Assembly (NCBI GenBank): GCA_002269645.1
Contig: NIVC01001726.1
Span: forward strand, 149,925 to 213,924
Direction of reading: 5' to 3'
Origin: Macrostomum lignano
Lineage: Eukaryota
Length of the DNA stretch: 64,000 bases
Shown: piece after piece, positions 1 through 12,246 of the stretch
Position numbering within the stretch: position 1 is the stretch's first letter
Layout: the number at the start of each line of letters is the position of its first letter
Position numbers and translations under genes: made by a program
The notes under the pieces: model-generated
What the model was told of the DNA's origin: nothing
Databases searched by the model: none
Seen by the model: only the letters and a program-made list of their open reading frames with translations

Positions 1-2449
1 TACTGGTAAAACTTGTATTTGAATCTGGTTCATAGAAAATGCAATGTTAATATAAATTAATTAAAAAGCTATCAATACATTGGCAAACAAAAAATGCTAA
101 TAACAAGAAATTTTATATACTAATTTTCTGTCAGAGAAAATATTGTCTTATTGGAAGCTTTTTTACATCAAATTGTGCTATTTTTGTCTTGCACCATATT
201 GCACCAGATTTTTTCCCTTGCTTGCTTTTGCACATTCTAGCACAATGCATGTCTAACCCTCTTTTGCATTGGAATTTTCTGTGAAAAAGGCCATTCTCCT
301 GACTGTGGCTTGCATCTATTTTAATTAGTTTTATCCTTCTTAATCTTGTTTTTTATTTTGTAATTTTTTAACTGGAACCTAGTCTTTAACCAAATTGTTC
401 AATTGCTTTATGATATACCATAGCAAATGGTATATCATAAAGCAAAAACATTTGAGACTTGAAAGAAACAAGAAAAACAATTTTTTGTATGTCTAATAAG
501 GTCCCTTCTATTGGTTACAATGTTGGTAAAGGGATTTGCAAAAATATGCCATGCAAAAAAATGACCAAATCTAAATATGCATCCATGCACCAAATGGTCC
601 CCATGCACCACATACCACATTCTCAAATATGCAAGATGTCCAATTTAACAACACACTTTTCAGTTATTTTAACACACTTATATGGCCATTATTTTACATT
701 TATAAACTTTTATGGGCATTTTAAGAAAGCGTTTATTATATATAATTTGCTTTAACTTGTCTTTAGCTATAAAAAGATATGTTGCCAAATTTGAATTTGC
801 CAAATTTGTCCATGTTAAATTTCTGTCATAGAATTTGTTTATTGCCAAATTTGCATGCACCCATATAATGGATACCAAATGCCTAGCTAACATTGTATTG
901 CTATTAATAAGATAGATATTTGTTAACATTATATAATAAAGAAAAAATGTTGATCCTTTAGTTTCCCACTCTAAATTATTTGGTCCCTGGACATTTCGAT
1001 GACAAGACGTTTTGGTGACAGCCTTTTCAATGACAATTTAAGACATTTTGGTGACAAATTTAGACAATTTGGTGACATGTTATAAAAATGAAAGTTAATT
1101 TAGTCTATAAGATAATAAGCTCATGAACAAGACTTAATACTCAAAACTTGTTATATTTTTGCACCATTTTTTGTCGCCATAGGCCTAAAACATGCAAAAA
1201 TTATTGATTTCCATATAACAAGTTAACAAATTAAAGTGGGGTCGGGGTTCAGGGGGATAAAGCAATGGAATGTCCCAGCTTCCTCTCCATAGCCTTGATA
1301 GTGTAGATAACAAACTATAGGCCTAACCACAACTTTTGTTTGCATCAATACAGTAGATTGATTAGGCGACTCATGAAAATATGCTACATGTACATTTTTT
1401 ACACAAATTGCCTTGAACACAGTTATTTATCCAGATAGTGTCACAAAAATAATGCCACTATAATATGTAAAATAAGCGACTTGATGTGTTGCGTCAGCTG
1501 ACTGACATTATCTAGAAATGCAGATGGGTCTGTATAAAAGCTGGACACATATTGGATACTGGACACACATCCAAAACTTGAATAAAAATACTTAGTATTA
1601 AATCTAACTTTGAAAAATGAACATTTTAAATTCATGTTCTTTGATCGGTTTTATGATTGGAAGAAAGTCTAGAATGTTATTGTAACAGTTTTTGCTATTA
1701 CACTTTTAACTGTAGTTACTTACATCACCCATCCAGATTGTGTGAGAAAAATTTTGTTTTGACATTTTAATACGCGTTGCCTCTTTGACCTGATGATCTC
1801 GTATGACCACGAATAAACTGACTCTAAAGTCAGTACCAAAATAAATTAGTAGGCCCTAGCGTGTCGTTTTCATGTGCAAGCTATTAAAGATTAAACAGTG
1901 ACACAATAATGACAAGAAACAAGTGGAACTTGCAAAATCAATTTTTATAACTTTTATCAGCCAATAAAAAACTAAACTACCAACTTAGAACCATATCTCC
2001 AACGATGATCTGACTATCGGTACGTACGATCGATCGAACCGAATTTGTCTCTTCGAAGCATTTGAACGGAACCCATGCTTAATGAAAGACAAAATGTTAT
2101 TAATTGGATAAAACAACGAAGTTTTGTCACCTATTTTATTTAAAGCCGAAAACTTTCCTTTGATTTTTTAGTTAGATTTATTTAAGAACTTTTAATATGT
2201 CTTTTGTTGAGACGAACCAGAGTAATTAAACTCGGAAGCTTATAAATCCTAAATCTGATAGCATTCGCTATTTTAGAGTCAATCAATATTTTTTCTTAGC
2301 AGAACACTAAGAAGTCGGTCACGCATCGGGCATCTCGATCATTATATATAGCCAAAAAATTCATATCATTTCGCAATAGTTCCTACAGCTGGATTAATAT
2401 GTAACTACACTGTCACTGTCTGGCTCAAGTCTTATTCTCTAGGTGCCCT

Positions 2450-2567
2450 GGGGCCCGTTCTATAAAGCCATCGTAAGATAAAATCGTTCTTAGCTCCTAT
2501 CTCCGCCGTGTAAAAGTTCCGACGTACAATCCAACTTACGCTACGACAGCTTTATAGTACGACCCCC
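2450..2567. mobile_element. Small MITE, PIF/Harbinger-like
   Basis: Imperfect TIRs GGGGCCCGTTCTATAAAGC (2450) versus revcomp GGGGGTCGTACTATAAAGC (2567), 16/19 identical; ~118 bp, no ORF; 3-bp TSD only partial (ctg/cta). Confidence 0.55.
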
Positions 2568-2694
2568 TAGAGCTCACTCCCTAATTCTCAGGCAATCCAG
2601 CATTAGTAATGCTGATTTAGATAGGTGACAGTAGAGTAGTGGTATCGATCAGTCACTCCAAACCTAGCTACTGTGTGTCACGACGTATACCCCA

Positions 2695-2881
2695 CAGTAT
2701 AGCGCAACCAGAAAATTGCTGAGGGGGGCAGATTCTCGAGGGTAAAGACCCAAGGGGGCGGAGGGATGCGGCTCTGTATTTTGGCGAAAATTCGCTTTAT
2801 CCCTCCATTGCTTTTTTTCTGGTCTCCCTCCGCCTAAGGGGAGCGACCCCTCGCCCCCCGCCCCCGCTGGTTGCGCCACTG
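2695..2881. mobile_element. Small MITE, hAT-like
   Basis: Left end CAGTATAGCGCAACCAG versus revcomp of right end CAGTGGCGCAACCAG; G-rich/C-rich subterminal tracts; TSD degenerate (atacccca / cgtaccca). Confidence 0.45.
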
Positions 2882-3324
2882 CGTACCCACGTAATTAATC
2901 GAGTCCCTGCATGCATGAAGGCATGACTTATAGCTACATGTACTTTCGAGGCCAAGTACACAATGACCAAAAGTTTGAGCTGAATTCTGTCCTGGAGCTA
3001 CATGTATGTAGAAAACGACAAATTTAACCAGCACACTACTACTAGCTGCATATCGATTGTGTGACATTTCGTATACCCTTACATGTATCTAGGGGTGTCG
3101 GAACCCGGGGGGGGGGGGCTGGAGCCCCCCACTTTTTAGCATGATCCTACAAGTGCCCATTTTGAATTTCAAGCAAGTGTCGGCCGGTTTTCGGCTTTGG
3201 CTTTTCTGAGTCTTGGAAGCTAAGGGTACCACCAGCTGATATACATATGTATAAGTTCATGTTGTTTTCAAACCCATTCTACTACAGTTTTTATCTAATG
3301 TGCCTAAGCCTAGTGCTTTTAGTG

Positions 3325-4104
3325 CAGGGGTCAGCAAACTTTTTACCTCAAGGGCCAGATTGAGAACAGAGCATAACTGCCCTTCTGGGTCCGCTTCGAT
3401 GGGCCCCCTAAGCAAAACGCGCGCCCAGGAGTCCCTGATCGATGACTGCTGGCTATAGGGAGAGAGGATAGGGAATAGAGAAGAGAAATACGAGCGCAGG
3501 AGAAAGGAGAGGCGAAGGAATAAAGGAGAAGAGAGTAGACGAGAAGAGAGATAAATAGGAGAGGAGAGTGGTGAGGAGATGAAAGGAGAGGAGAGGATAG
3601 GAAAGGAGAGGAGAGAGGTGAGGAGATGAGAGGCGAGGAGAGGAGAGGAGAGGAGAGAGGTGAGGAGATGAGATGAGAGGCGAGGAGAGGAGAGGAGAGG
3701 AGAGGAGAGGAGAGGATATGAAAGGAGAGGAGAGAGGTGAGGAGACGAGAGGAGAGGATAGGAAAGGAGAGGAGAGAGCTGTGAGGAGATGAGAGGCGAG
3801 GAGAGAGGTGAGGAGAGGTGAGGAGAGAGGTGAGGAGAGAGGTGATGAGAGGTGAGGAGATGAGAGGACAGGAGAGGAGAGAGGTGAGGAGAGGTGAGGA
3901 GATGAGAGGAAAGGAGAGAGGAGAGGTGAGGAGATAGAGGAAAGGAGAGAGGAGAGGAGACGAGAAGAGATAGGTGAGGGAAGAGAGCTGAGAAGGGACA
4001 CAAACATCGAGCAGGCTATTGTGAAGATTCATAGAAGCCAAGGGCCGGATAGAGAGGCTTTGCGGGCCACATTTGGCCCTCAGGCCGGAGTTTGCCAAGC
4101 CCTG
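3325..4104. mobile_element. Non-autonomous hAT (Charlie-like) element nested in the outer element
   Basis: TIRs CAGGGGTCAGCAAACT / CAGGGCTTGGCAAACT; 8-bp TSD TTTTAGTG / TTTTAGTA (7/8); subterminal GCGGGCCACATTTGGCCC motif typical of hAT MITEs. Confidence 0.8.
3450..3990 (+). repeat. (GGAGA)n-type purine microsatellite inside the nested MITE
   Basis: Direct reading; explains the S/P/L-rich minus-strand ORFs 3257-4098. Confidence 0.95.
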
Positions 4105-4883
4105 TTTTAGTATTCAGCCCTTTTACTTTGGTATCTCTGATCAATAGATTGATAGTGCAGTGCAGTTGCGCAATGTTTGAATTAGTTGAAAATTCGAACA
4201 TTATTCAGATTTTTGGCCACTTCCAACACAGAATTGAATATCGGCCTGGTTGTCACAATTAATGTCACAAACTGACATAACAGCAGGAGTTTGGGTGCCC
4301 TTAGACTAGAACAAAATCATGTGCAATGTGCCCTCCGACCAATAAGCCCCCCCCCCACTTTGAAATATGTTCCGACACCGCTGCATGTATCTGTCTTCTA
4401 ACGATTCCTGTAAACAGTGCGATGTACGATTACATACTGTATAGCATTTTATATGTTAAATATGCATTATATAGTAATAGCACATGTACATATCATGTAG
4501 GACCAGAGTTGCTTTCCTAAACCATTGATAAAACATAAGTTAGTTGCATAAATAAGTAAAAAATGCGTACTGTGTATTTATTCGATAAATAATAAAAAAT
4601 TGTTTAATAAACAGTTTTAGCCGCGGTGTACGTGCAGTTCGGCTACCAGACGCGTGCATTGTTGTGTAAGCTAATAAATAAATACATTAATAGATGTGTC
4701 ATTGCATGCTTAAAATAAAAAAGTAGAAATAGATATGACAAAAAATCGCCGCGGTAAGACAGCGTTAGCACTAAAGACTTGCGGTGCGTACGGTATAACA
4801 GATTAGAACACAGCGTGTAACAGATGCGGTGCCTGTCTGGCTCACATGTATAAGCAAGTGGAGTTACTGAGTGTCTGATTGCT

Positions 4884-6659
4884 TTACTGGACTTGAGCAG
4901 TTCCATCAGACACAAGCGGGTCATCCAATTTTGTAGATGCTGTTGTTGCTGCTGCTGCTTCTGCAGAGTCTGATTGTTGCTTCGAGTAATGAAGGGCCGG
5001 TGACGCTGGCTGAGGCGCGTCTGAATTTGTTGATTTGAATTGCACTTTTATAGTTTTAGCGGGTTTGATCTTATTGCCTATAATGACTCCCGCATTTTTT
5101 ATTACTTTGGCTTTTATTATTGACACACTGAGGCATTCCTGACACTAATACTCTGATACTAGACGCTTTCCTGACACTGTTACGCGACACTAGAGGCTTT
5201 CCTGACACTAACACCCTGACGCAATGAGACTTTCCTGACACTAACACCCTGACGCAATGAGACTTTCCTGACACTAACACCCTGATACACTGACTACTGA
5301 TGCCCCTGATACACTGACTACTGATGCCCCTGATACACTGACTACTGATGCTCCTGACACACTGACTACTGATGCCCCTGATACACTGACTACTGATGCC
5401 CCTGATACACTGACTACTGATGCTCCTGACACACTGACTACTGATGCTCCTGACACACTGACTACTGATGCTCCTGACACACTGACTACTGATGCTCCTG
5501 ACACACAGACTACTGATGCTCCTGACACACTGACTACTGATGCTCCTGACACACAGACTACTGATGCTCCTGACACACTGACTACTGATGCTCCTGACAC
5601 ACAGACTACTGATGCTCCTGACACACTGACTACTGATGCCCCTGATACACTGACTACTGATGCTCCTGACACACTGACTACTGATGCCCCTGATACACTG
5701 ACTACTGATGCTCCTGACACACTGACTACTGATGCCCCTGATAAACTGACTACTGATGCTCCTGACACACTGACTACTGATGCCCCTGACACACTGACTA
5801 CTGATGCTCCTGACACACTGACTACTGATGCTCCTGACACACTGACTACTGATGCCCCTGACACACTGACTACTGATGCTCCTGACACACAGACTACTGA
5901 TGCTCCTGACACACTGACTACTGATGCCCCTGACACACTGACTACTGATGCTCCTGACACATTGACTACTGATGCTCCTGATACACTGACTACTGATGCT
6001 CCTGACACACTGACTACTGATGCTCCTGACACACTGACTACTGATGCTCCTGACACACTGACTACTGATGCTCCTGACACATTGACTACTGATGCTCCTG
6101 ACACACTGACTACTGATGCTCCTGACCATACAGACTCTTGTTCCTTCTGACGTGAGAACTTGGGTGTCAAGTGTTTACCGCCCCGCAATGAATTGAAATA
6201 CAAATTTAGCTGCATTCGCACCTGCGTCCGACTGTCGCTCAGCTACGGCCGGTCGCGAGATGCAGAGCCGTTTGCGCAAATAACGAATTTCCATCTGCAG
6301 CAGCTTGTTCTCCTGCAATTATTAGTTTAAAGCTTGTTGAGAATTTAATTTCTCCACAGTAATACCAAACATTCTTTTTAGACTACTGATGCCGCTACTG
6401 AGTAGCATCATGTGCATTTTATGTCTCAGAGTATACGAAACCAAACCTGCGTCAGATCGGCGATCATTCGCTCCATCGCTGCGTCGTTGAGTCGGCGCTT
6501 CTCTCGACTGCGCCTGGCCGCCTCGTTGTTCTTCATCCGTCTGGCCAGGTACTTCGCCTTGTCCGGCCCCTGCTCCTCCTCGGTGTACGTGGCGGCCCCC
6601 TCGCTGGTGTCTACGCTTTGAACATCATCGGCACTTGAAGAAGTTGGCTGAGTTGCCAT
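4884..6659 (-). CDS. nfil3: NFIL3/E4BP4/vrille-like bZIP transcription factor, 146 aa, 3 coding exons
   Basis: Exons 6659-6447, 6312-6222, 5020-4884 (441 nt; phases 0 and 1 consistent; GT-AG). Basic region YLARRMKNNEAARRSREKRRLND and zipper MERMIADLTQENKLLQMEIRYLR resemble the NFIL3/vrille signature KNNEAAKRSREKRRLND. Probable 5'UTR exon ends at the GTGAGT donor near 7107. Confidence 0.85.
5165..6126. repeat. Intronic minisatellite, 24-bp unit CCTGACACACTGACTACTGATGCT, preceded by related 33-bp units
   Basis: Direct reading; lies in the bZIP intron 5021-6221; source of the RSISSQCV / VVSVSGAS artefact ORFs. Confidence 0.95.
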
Positions 6660-6687
6660 CAGCCTGAGGGGATTGAGAAATGATAGC

Positions 6688-7105
6688 TGACAGACTGACT
6701 GACAGACTGACAGACAGACAGACAGACTGACTGACTGACTGACTGACTGACTGACTGACTGACTGACTGACTGACTGACTGCCTGACTGACTGACTGACT
6801 GACTGACTGACTGACTGACTGACTGACTGACTGACTGACTGACTGACTGCCTGACTGACTGACTGACTGACTGACTGACTGACTGACTGACTGACTGACT
6901 GCCTGACTAAATGACTGACTGACTGACTGACTGACTGACTGACTGACTGACTGACTGACTGACTGACTGACTGACTGACTGACTGACTGACTGACTGACT
7001 GACTGACTGACTGACTGCCTGACTGACTGACTGACTGACTGACTGACTGACTGACTGACTGACTGACTGACTGACTGACTGACTGACTGACTGACTGACT
7101 GACTC
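6688..7105. repeat. (GACT)n microsatellite in the 5' intron of the bZIP gene
   Basis: Direct reading; flanked on the minus strand by a GTGAGT donor (~7107) and a CCTCAG acceptor (~6664). Confidence 0.95.
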
Positions 7106-7976
7106 ACTCCACACGATGACAACCAAGCAATCCTGACTGAGTGTATCAATATGGGAACAACTAAAGAGGAACTGCGGGATTCCATGATGACGCATTCTCA
7201 TGCGCTCTCCCTCTTTTAATGTATCAAGCCCGCCCAGCATCCCGCACTCTGTGTTCTGTTCAAATTACATGCATACAACAACATCCAGGCTATAATAAAA
7301 TTAAGCAAAAATATTCCCTTACTGTCGGCTCGGCAGTATCCTAGCCCATGGACGCCTGAAGGATTAAATCTGGACAGGCACCACCTGGGCTCGGTCTAAG
7401 CCAGGCTTTGACTGTGTTTAACTGCCGAAAATGTTTGACAGTTCAGAATTAATTCACATTTTACTACTTAAATTTTTAATAAACCTGTTCCAGAATTCCC
7501 GGTGAGAGATCAGGAATTTGGTGCTAGAAAGCTGAAAACTTTCGGAAAAAATTCAGAGTTTGTGTGCAAATGACTGAGAGTTTCCTGAAAAAAACAGTGA
7601 GCCTTCCAATCCAGATACCGTCTCCCTCTCTAGAAGTCCCTGGCCCGCCTAGCGACGCGACCCATAGGAATTAGAAATTAGAACTGAGGGAATATTGGTG
7701 TAGAATCGGATTCAGCGTGAGAAACGGATGTAGGAAACGGCTGCATGGCTAACTTTGGCCGGGGGAGGGGGTTCCAGCGAAACCGCGCGGAGGTCAGAAG
7801 GTGCGCAGGAAGTGGAGCACGCAAGCCGCACACATACGCTGCTTCACCTCAAAAAGTTTACAATGTTTTTTCACCACAAAAGTCGCCCCTTGTATATAGA
7901 TAATAATAGCAGCTGAGGCTGTGACAACTGCAAGCTGGGCTCAAACAAAGGACGAGGAGCCATGCAGGTCGCGATT

Positions 7977-9760
7977 GTTACGCAATCGATCCGATTGTAA
8001 AAAACGGCCCCCGCATTGCCTCATCAAATATTATCCAGCAGACAGAGAGATTCTCACTTTTTATTTTATGTCATCGGCAAGTCAACAATCCATGCCTGCT
8101 TATTATACTCAACTGTCTCGCAGACTTAATTATTTGGGGAACCCGGGGAGTCCGGGCTCACCCAGTTCTCGCCCGGCAAAAGACGCAAAGGCACAAAGAC
8201 TGTAAAAAACTTGACAGAAAAAAAGCAATTTTTCTACTTTTGCTTTTTTCTATAAAGATGCAAGACTTCTTTCTGTGAATCTATCTACATAAAAAGCTCA
8301 AATCCCCACACTGTGGGAAGTGCATGACGTCATATGAGGTCTTTGTCTGGAACGGGCTTGCTTGATTTTTCTCCGGGAGAAGCTTATTTGGCAGAAAAAA
8401 TCACTTGAATTTATTATTTAACTTTTTTCACTTAATCAGAAAAATGACAGCAGGCAAGTCTCATTAAGTTTCCTTGGTCGCAAAAAAATATTTTCAAATC
8501 TTATTACTGATTTTTTGTCTCCAAGAGAGTAGGGGTAAACACTGTCAAGAGACTTCTCCCCCGTTTTTTAGGTCTCACAGATTACGTAATGCCTTTCTGG
8601 GCCTGTCCTCTCTCTCTCTCCTAGCCGGCTGAGGTCATCCCGTGTCAAGACAGGCTCTATTTTTCTCCCTTAGCTGCGCCTCCCTTGCCTCATCTGACCG
8701 GCTGCATGGAGAGCTCTACTAATCCCTGGAGACGACCTGCATGGCAGCATGAGGGTTGCGTAACTCTCATTCGCAATAGGAGGTCGGCCACTCGAGGTCA
8801 TCTAGGCACTTCTTTTTCCTGGAATCTTTCTTTTTTGCGACTGCCTCGTTCTCCGTTTTAATTGCGTCTAATCTATTGTAGCATAGTGGGCGGGAGCCGA
8901 TCCATATGTTATCGATAGCTAAAGATTTCCCCTGCCGCTCTGCAGTGGCGGCGCAAACTACGCTCGTGTGGTCAAACTGCATTGAAAACTGCCACATGAG
9001 GCTGTTGTACGTGTGATTCTACAGTTAATCCGGCTGATTCCTGTGGCCTCTTCTCTTCAGACTGCCGTGATCTGCTTACCCCAGGATTGCTAATATAGCC
9101 TACATCAATGATGAAGGAATAGAATGGATGGCTAATCTAGCCTAAATCAGTAAGGAATAGAATGGATTGCTAATCTAGCCTACATCAATGAAGGAATAGA
9201 ATGGATTGCTAATCTAGCCTACATCAATGAAGGAATAGAATGGATTGCTAATCTAGCCTACATCAGTGAAGGAATAGAATGGATTGCTAATCTAGCCTGC
9301 ATCAGTGAAGGAACAGAATGGATTGCTAATCTAGCCTACATCAATGATGAAGGAATAGAATGGATTGCTAGTCTAGCTGACATCATCCGAGTACGTACCG
9401 GTGTTCGTGTTGCAGAGTCCCAGATGCAGCAGTGCTTTAATCAGCAGAGGCAGGCATATTTTTGCCTTCGCTTAAGGAATCTGCGATGAGGAAGGTGGGA
9501 GTGCCGGTGCAGTCGGGATGACAGGTAGAGGTGGGCATAATAAACAAGTGACCTCTTTTCCTCTGTTCCACACCCCGCGTTGCCCAGCCAATCAGCTTTG
9601 AGCCGTGACCGACGCCAATTGCAAAGCATTGCGTAATCACTTTGGCCCAAAAAACTCTCAATGCTTTTTCTCGTGACCTCAATCAATCCAGACCCCTAGA
9701 GAGTAAAATCTGTGCCGGCCTACAGAAATACAGAAATTGCAGCGTTGAAGGTTGCGCAAT
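7977..9760. promoter_or_regulatory. Cluster of PAR/C-EBP-type bZIP sites plus a CRE, upstream of the NFIL3-like gene
   Basis: RTTRCGYAAY matches: GTTACGCAAT 7977, ATTACGTAAT 8581, GTTGCGTAAC 8755, ATTGCGTAAT 9628, GTTGCGCAAT 9751; palindromic CRE ATGACGTCAT 8324. Confidence 0.6.
9085..9385 (+). repeat. 39-42 bp minisatellite family A (GGAATAGAATGGATTGCTAATCTAGCCTACATCAGTGAA), copy 1
   Basis: Direct reading; same unit at five other loci in the window. Confidence 0.95.
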
Positions 9761-9965
9761 CATTATTGGCGCATATCTATCCATGCTTTGTCGAGCGAGT
9801 AAAACTGTCGCTGCCAAACTGACTTGGATGCCGGATAACTGCCAGCGGTTCCTTCTACAGCCACTTGGCTCTTGACCTGCCTGTCAGTAGGTAATTGCTG
9901 CTGAACAATGGACTACAGCTGCCTCTTTGTCCGATTGGGTAGGCAGGGACCCCAGGCATTGGCAC

Positions 9966-10020
<55 letters not shown>

Positions 10021-10026
10021 GTGTCT

Positions 10027-10122
<96 letters not shown>

Positions 10123-10140
10123 TTGTTTTTTGTCTGTCTG
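9966..10140. repeat. (TCTG)n/(TG)n compound microsatellite
   Basis: Direct reading. Confidence 0.95.
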
Positions 10141-10361
10141 TACCTAAGTTTACGTGACACAAATATATTTTTTCGTTGAATTTAGTTTTTCGTCAGTTGA
10201 TATGTATATTTGAAAGATTCCAATCAATGCGAAAATACGATAAATGGGGTTCGCAAGTTTAAAACATGCTTGCAGTCAATTGCAGATGCTTTCTTTAAAA
10301 CTCCTAGAAGTTTCCAAGAAATGCACATTTTGGTCTCCTGGCCCGGAGAAGACAGGAGAGT

Positions 10362-12246
10362 TCAGCGCAGCGACAGAGTGGACTGCTGACCCCCGCAGTA
10401 AGCCAGGCCTCGGCGGCGCTCTTCCCATTCACCCGGGTCGCTGGGCCACCGGCGGCTCAGCCGGCGCTGCCCCGCATAGCAACAGCCGTCCTCTGCCAGC
10501 AGGCGCTCAACGGCAGCCCGCAGCCTCGTCGCTGTCGGGCAGGCCAAGCCCAGGAGTCCTTGAACTGGCCTGCCGGTGTCCTTGTCCAAGCCGGCGAACT
10601 GCAGCACGAGGCAGCCGGCGTTCACAACGCCGAACCCGACGATGCACCTCGGCGGGCAGACCAGCCGGCTGGTTGAATTGACGTCGATGAGCTCCAGGCC
10701 GGCCCGGGTGCTCAGGCGGAGGCCGTGCAGGTGACCCGGCGGCAGGCCGAGCATTTGAGCGGTGAAATTGCGGACCGGCCGGACTGTCCACACTGTGCAT
10801 GCTGGCTGCTCGTCTGGCGCGGCAGCTGAGCAGATGTCGGGGGAGATGAGCACCTGAAAGCGGTGGTGATGAGCTGGTTGAGTTAACAGTAGCTACTCTT
10901 ATTAAAAAGGAATAATAATAAATAAATAAATGGTAACAGTTTATTAGAATAATTTTACATTGGAGAATAAATATTTAAAAAATTAACTATGATTGCTCAT
11001 ACATAGTAATAGTACTAATAGTTATATGGTAAAAATAGTAACAGTAATCATAACAAAAAATAATGTATATAATACGTTAGCGCAGTGTTTTAAAAAATGA
11101 GCAAGTATTCGCAACTTTAAATACAAATATATGCAATTTAATAAAATCTTCAATAAAAAACGAAGGTAAAACAACAGCATGATTCATGCACAAAAAAATT
11201 AAAGCTGTTATCAAATATAACGTTAAAAGAGAAACAAATTAATATTTTCTTTTTGTTTCTTAATTTGCTTAAAACAATTATTTTGTTTATCAGAATTTGT
11301 ATTCAAATCTCTGTTCTTTGCGTTTTTTATAAATTACTTTTTAAATTTAAATAATACAATGCAATTATATTCTATAGATTTGAAGGTATTTTATATTTTG
11401 TATATTATATTCTAATTTAATAGCGCAGCTCTTTTTGAGGCTTTCACATTACCAATTCCAGAACCAGAAAAAAGAAGTATAATTGTTTAACCTTGTTGAA
11501 TGACTGTTTGACTGCCTTAACAGCCTCAATTTGCACAATGTTTCACTTTCTTCTTGGCGATTGCCATTCAATAACTACAACTTTAGAGCACCTATATCCC
11601 CCTAGTTTGGGAGACAGAAAGTTGTACTTCACAAATTGAATCTGGTTCTAGAACCAGAACTAAAACAAGCAATTTGAAAATGCCATTCGAAAGGTCAAAA
11701 ATGCAGCAAAAAATCAGAAGAAAATATGCTCACCTTAGCAACAGCACCGCAGGCGGCCGCCTCGATCAGGCAGCACAGTTTGTCGATCTGCCCGGCACCG
11801 CTGCTGTACAAGCTTAGCCAGCGCCGGCCAATCAGCGGCGCCGGCCGGCCGCAGCGTAGTCTGAGGGCGAAGACGCCGGCTCCAATTTCGACAAGCCGCA
11901 TCCTCGGTCGCCGCGGCAGCGACAGCTGCACTTCCGAAGCATCCTCGTCAAGCTGCCAGCCGTCGCCACATCGGCGGCATTTTTTTCGACGCGCCTGGCA
12001 AAAAAGTCGACATCCTCCAGCCGACTGTCGTTCGAAGGTCGCCGATATGTCGCCGCCGAGTCGACGGAATCGACGCGCTTCGCGCAGTCCCGGCAGCGGC
12101 GGCGGCGGAGTCAGTCGAAGTTTCGGCGTCGCCCTGCGGCCGCTGAGCACGACGCTGGCTCGGAGCAGCTGGCAACTGGCGAGGTCGGCACTGCAGGAGG
12201 GCCTCCCGACTCGTCCCCGCCTTGCGTAGACCAGCGCGGCGTCCAT
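10362..12246 (-). CDS. Divergent PH + PTB-like adaptor protein (Dok/IRS/FRS2-like), 2 exons
   Basis: Exon 12246-11734 (ATG; AAG|GTGAGC donor) joins in phase 0 to exon 10853-10362 (TTTCAG| acceptor). Both exons are GC-rich islands around an AT-rich intron. Exon 2 (TVRPVRNFTAQMLGLPPG..LRLSTRAGLELID..PPRCIVGFG..LVLQF..LRAAVERLL) recalls the IRS-type PTB fold; family assignment is by eye only. Confidence 0.5.

Larger units (their letters stand above)
3090..4383. mobile_element. Non-autonomous hAT DNA transposon (outer element)
   Basis: 15-bp TIRs TAGGGGTGTCGGAAC / CAGCGGTGTCGGAAC (revcomp of 4369-4383); perfect 8-bp TSD CATGTATC at 3082-3089 and 4384-4391. An 8-bp TSD is characteristic of hAT. 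Confidence 0.85.

Noticed and set aside
1223-1635. Two short minus-strand ORFs as a degraded gene
   Set aside because: AT-rich, no recognisable motif and no consistent splice sites.
8767-9960. Coding exons extending the adaptor gene
   Set aside because: The candidate exon at ~9395-9480 has stops in all three frames; the region is better explained as regulatory or UTR.
11726-12229. Plus-strand 167-aa ORF, and similar antisense ORFs at 31470, 34612, 42507 and 59875
   Set aside because: Shadow frames of GC-rich coding exons on the opposite strand; no independent motifs.
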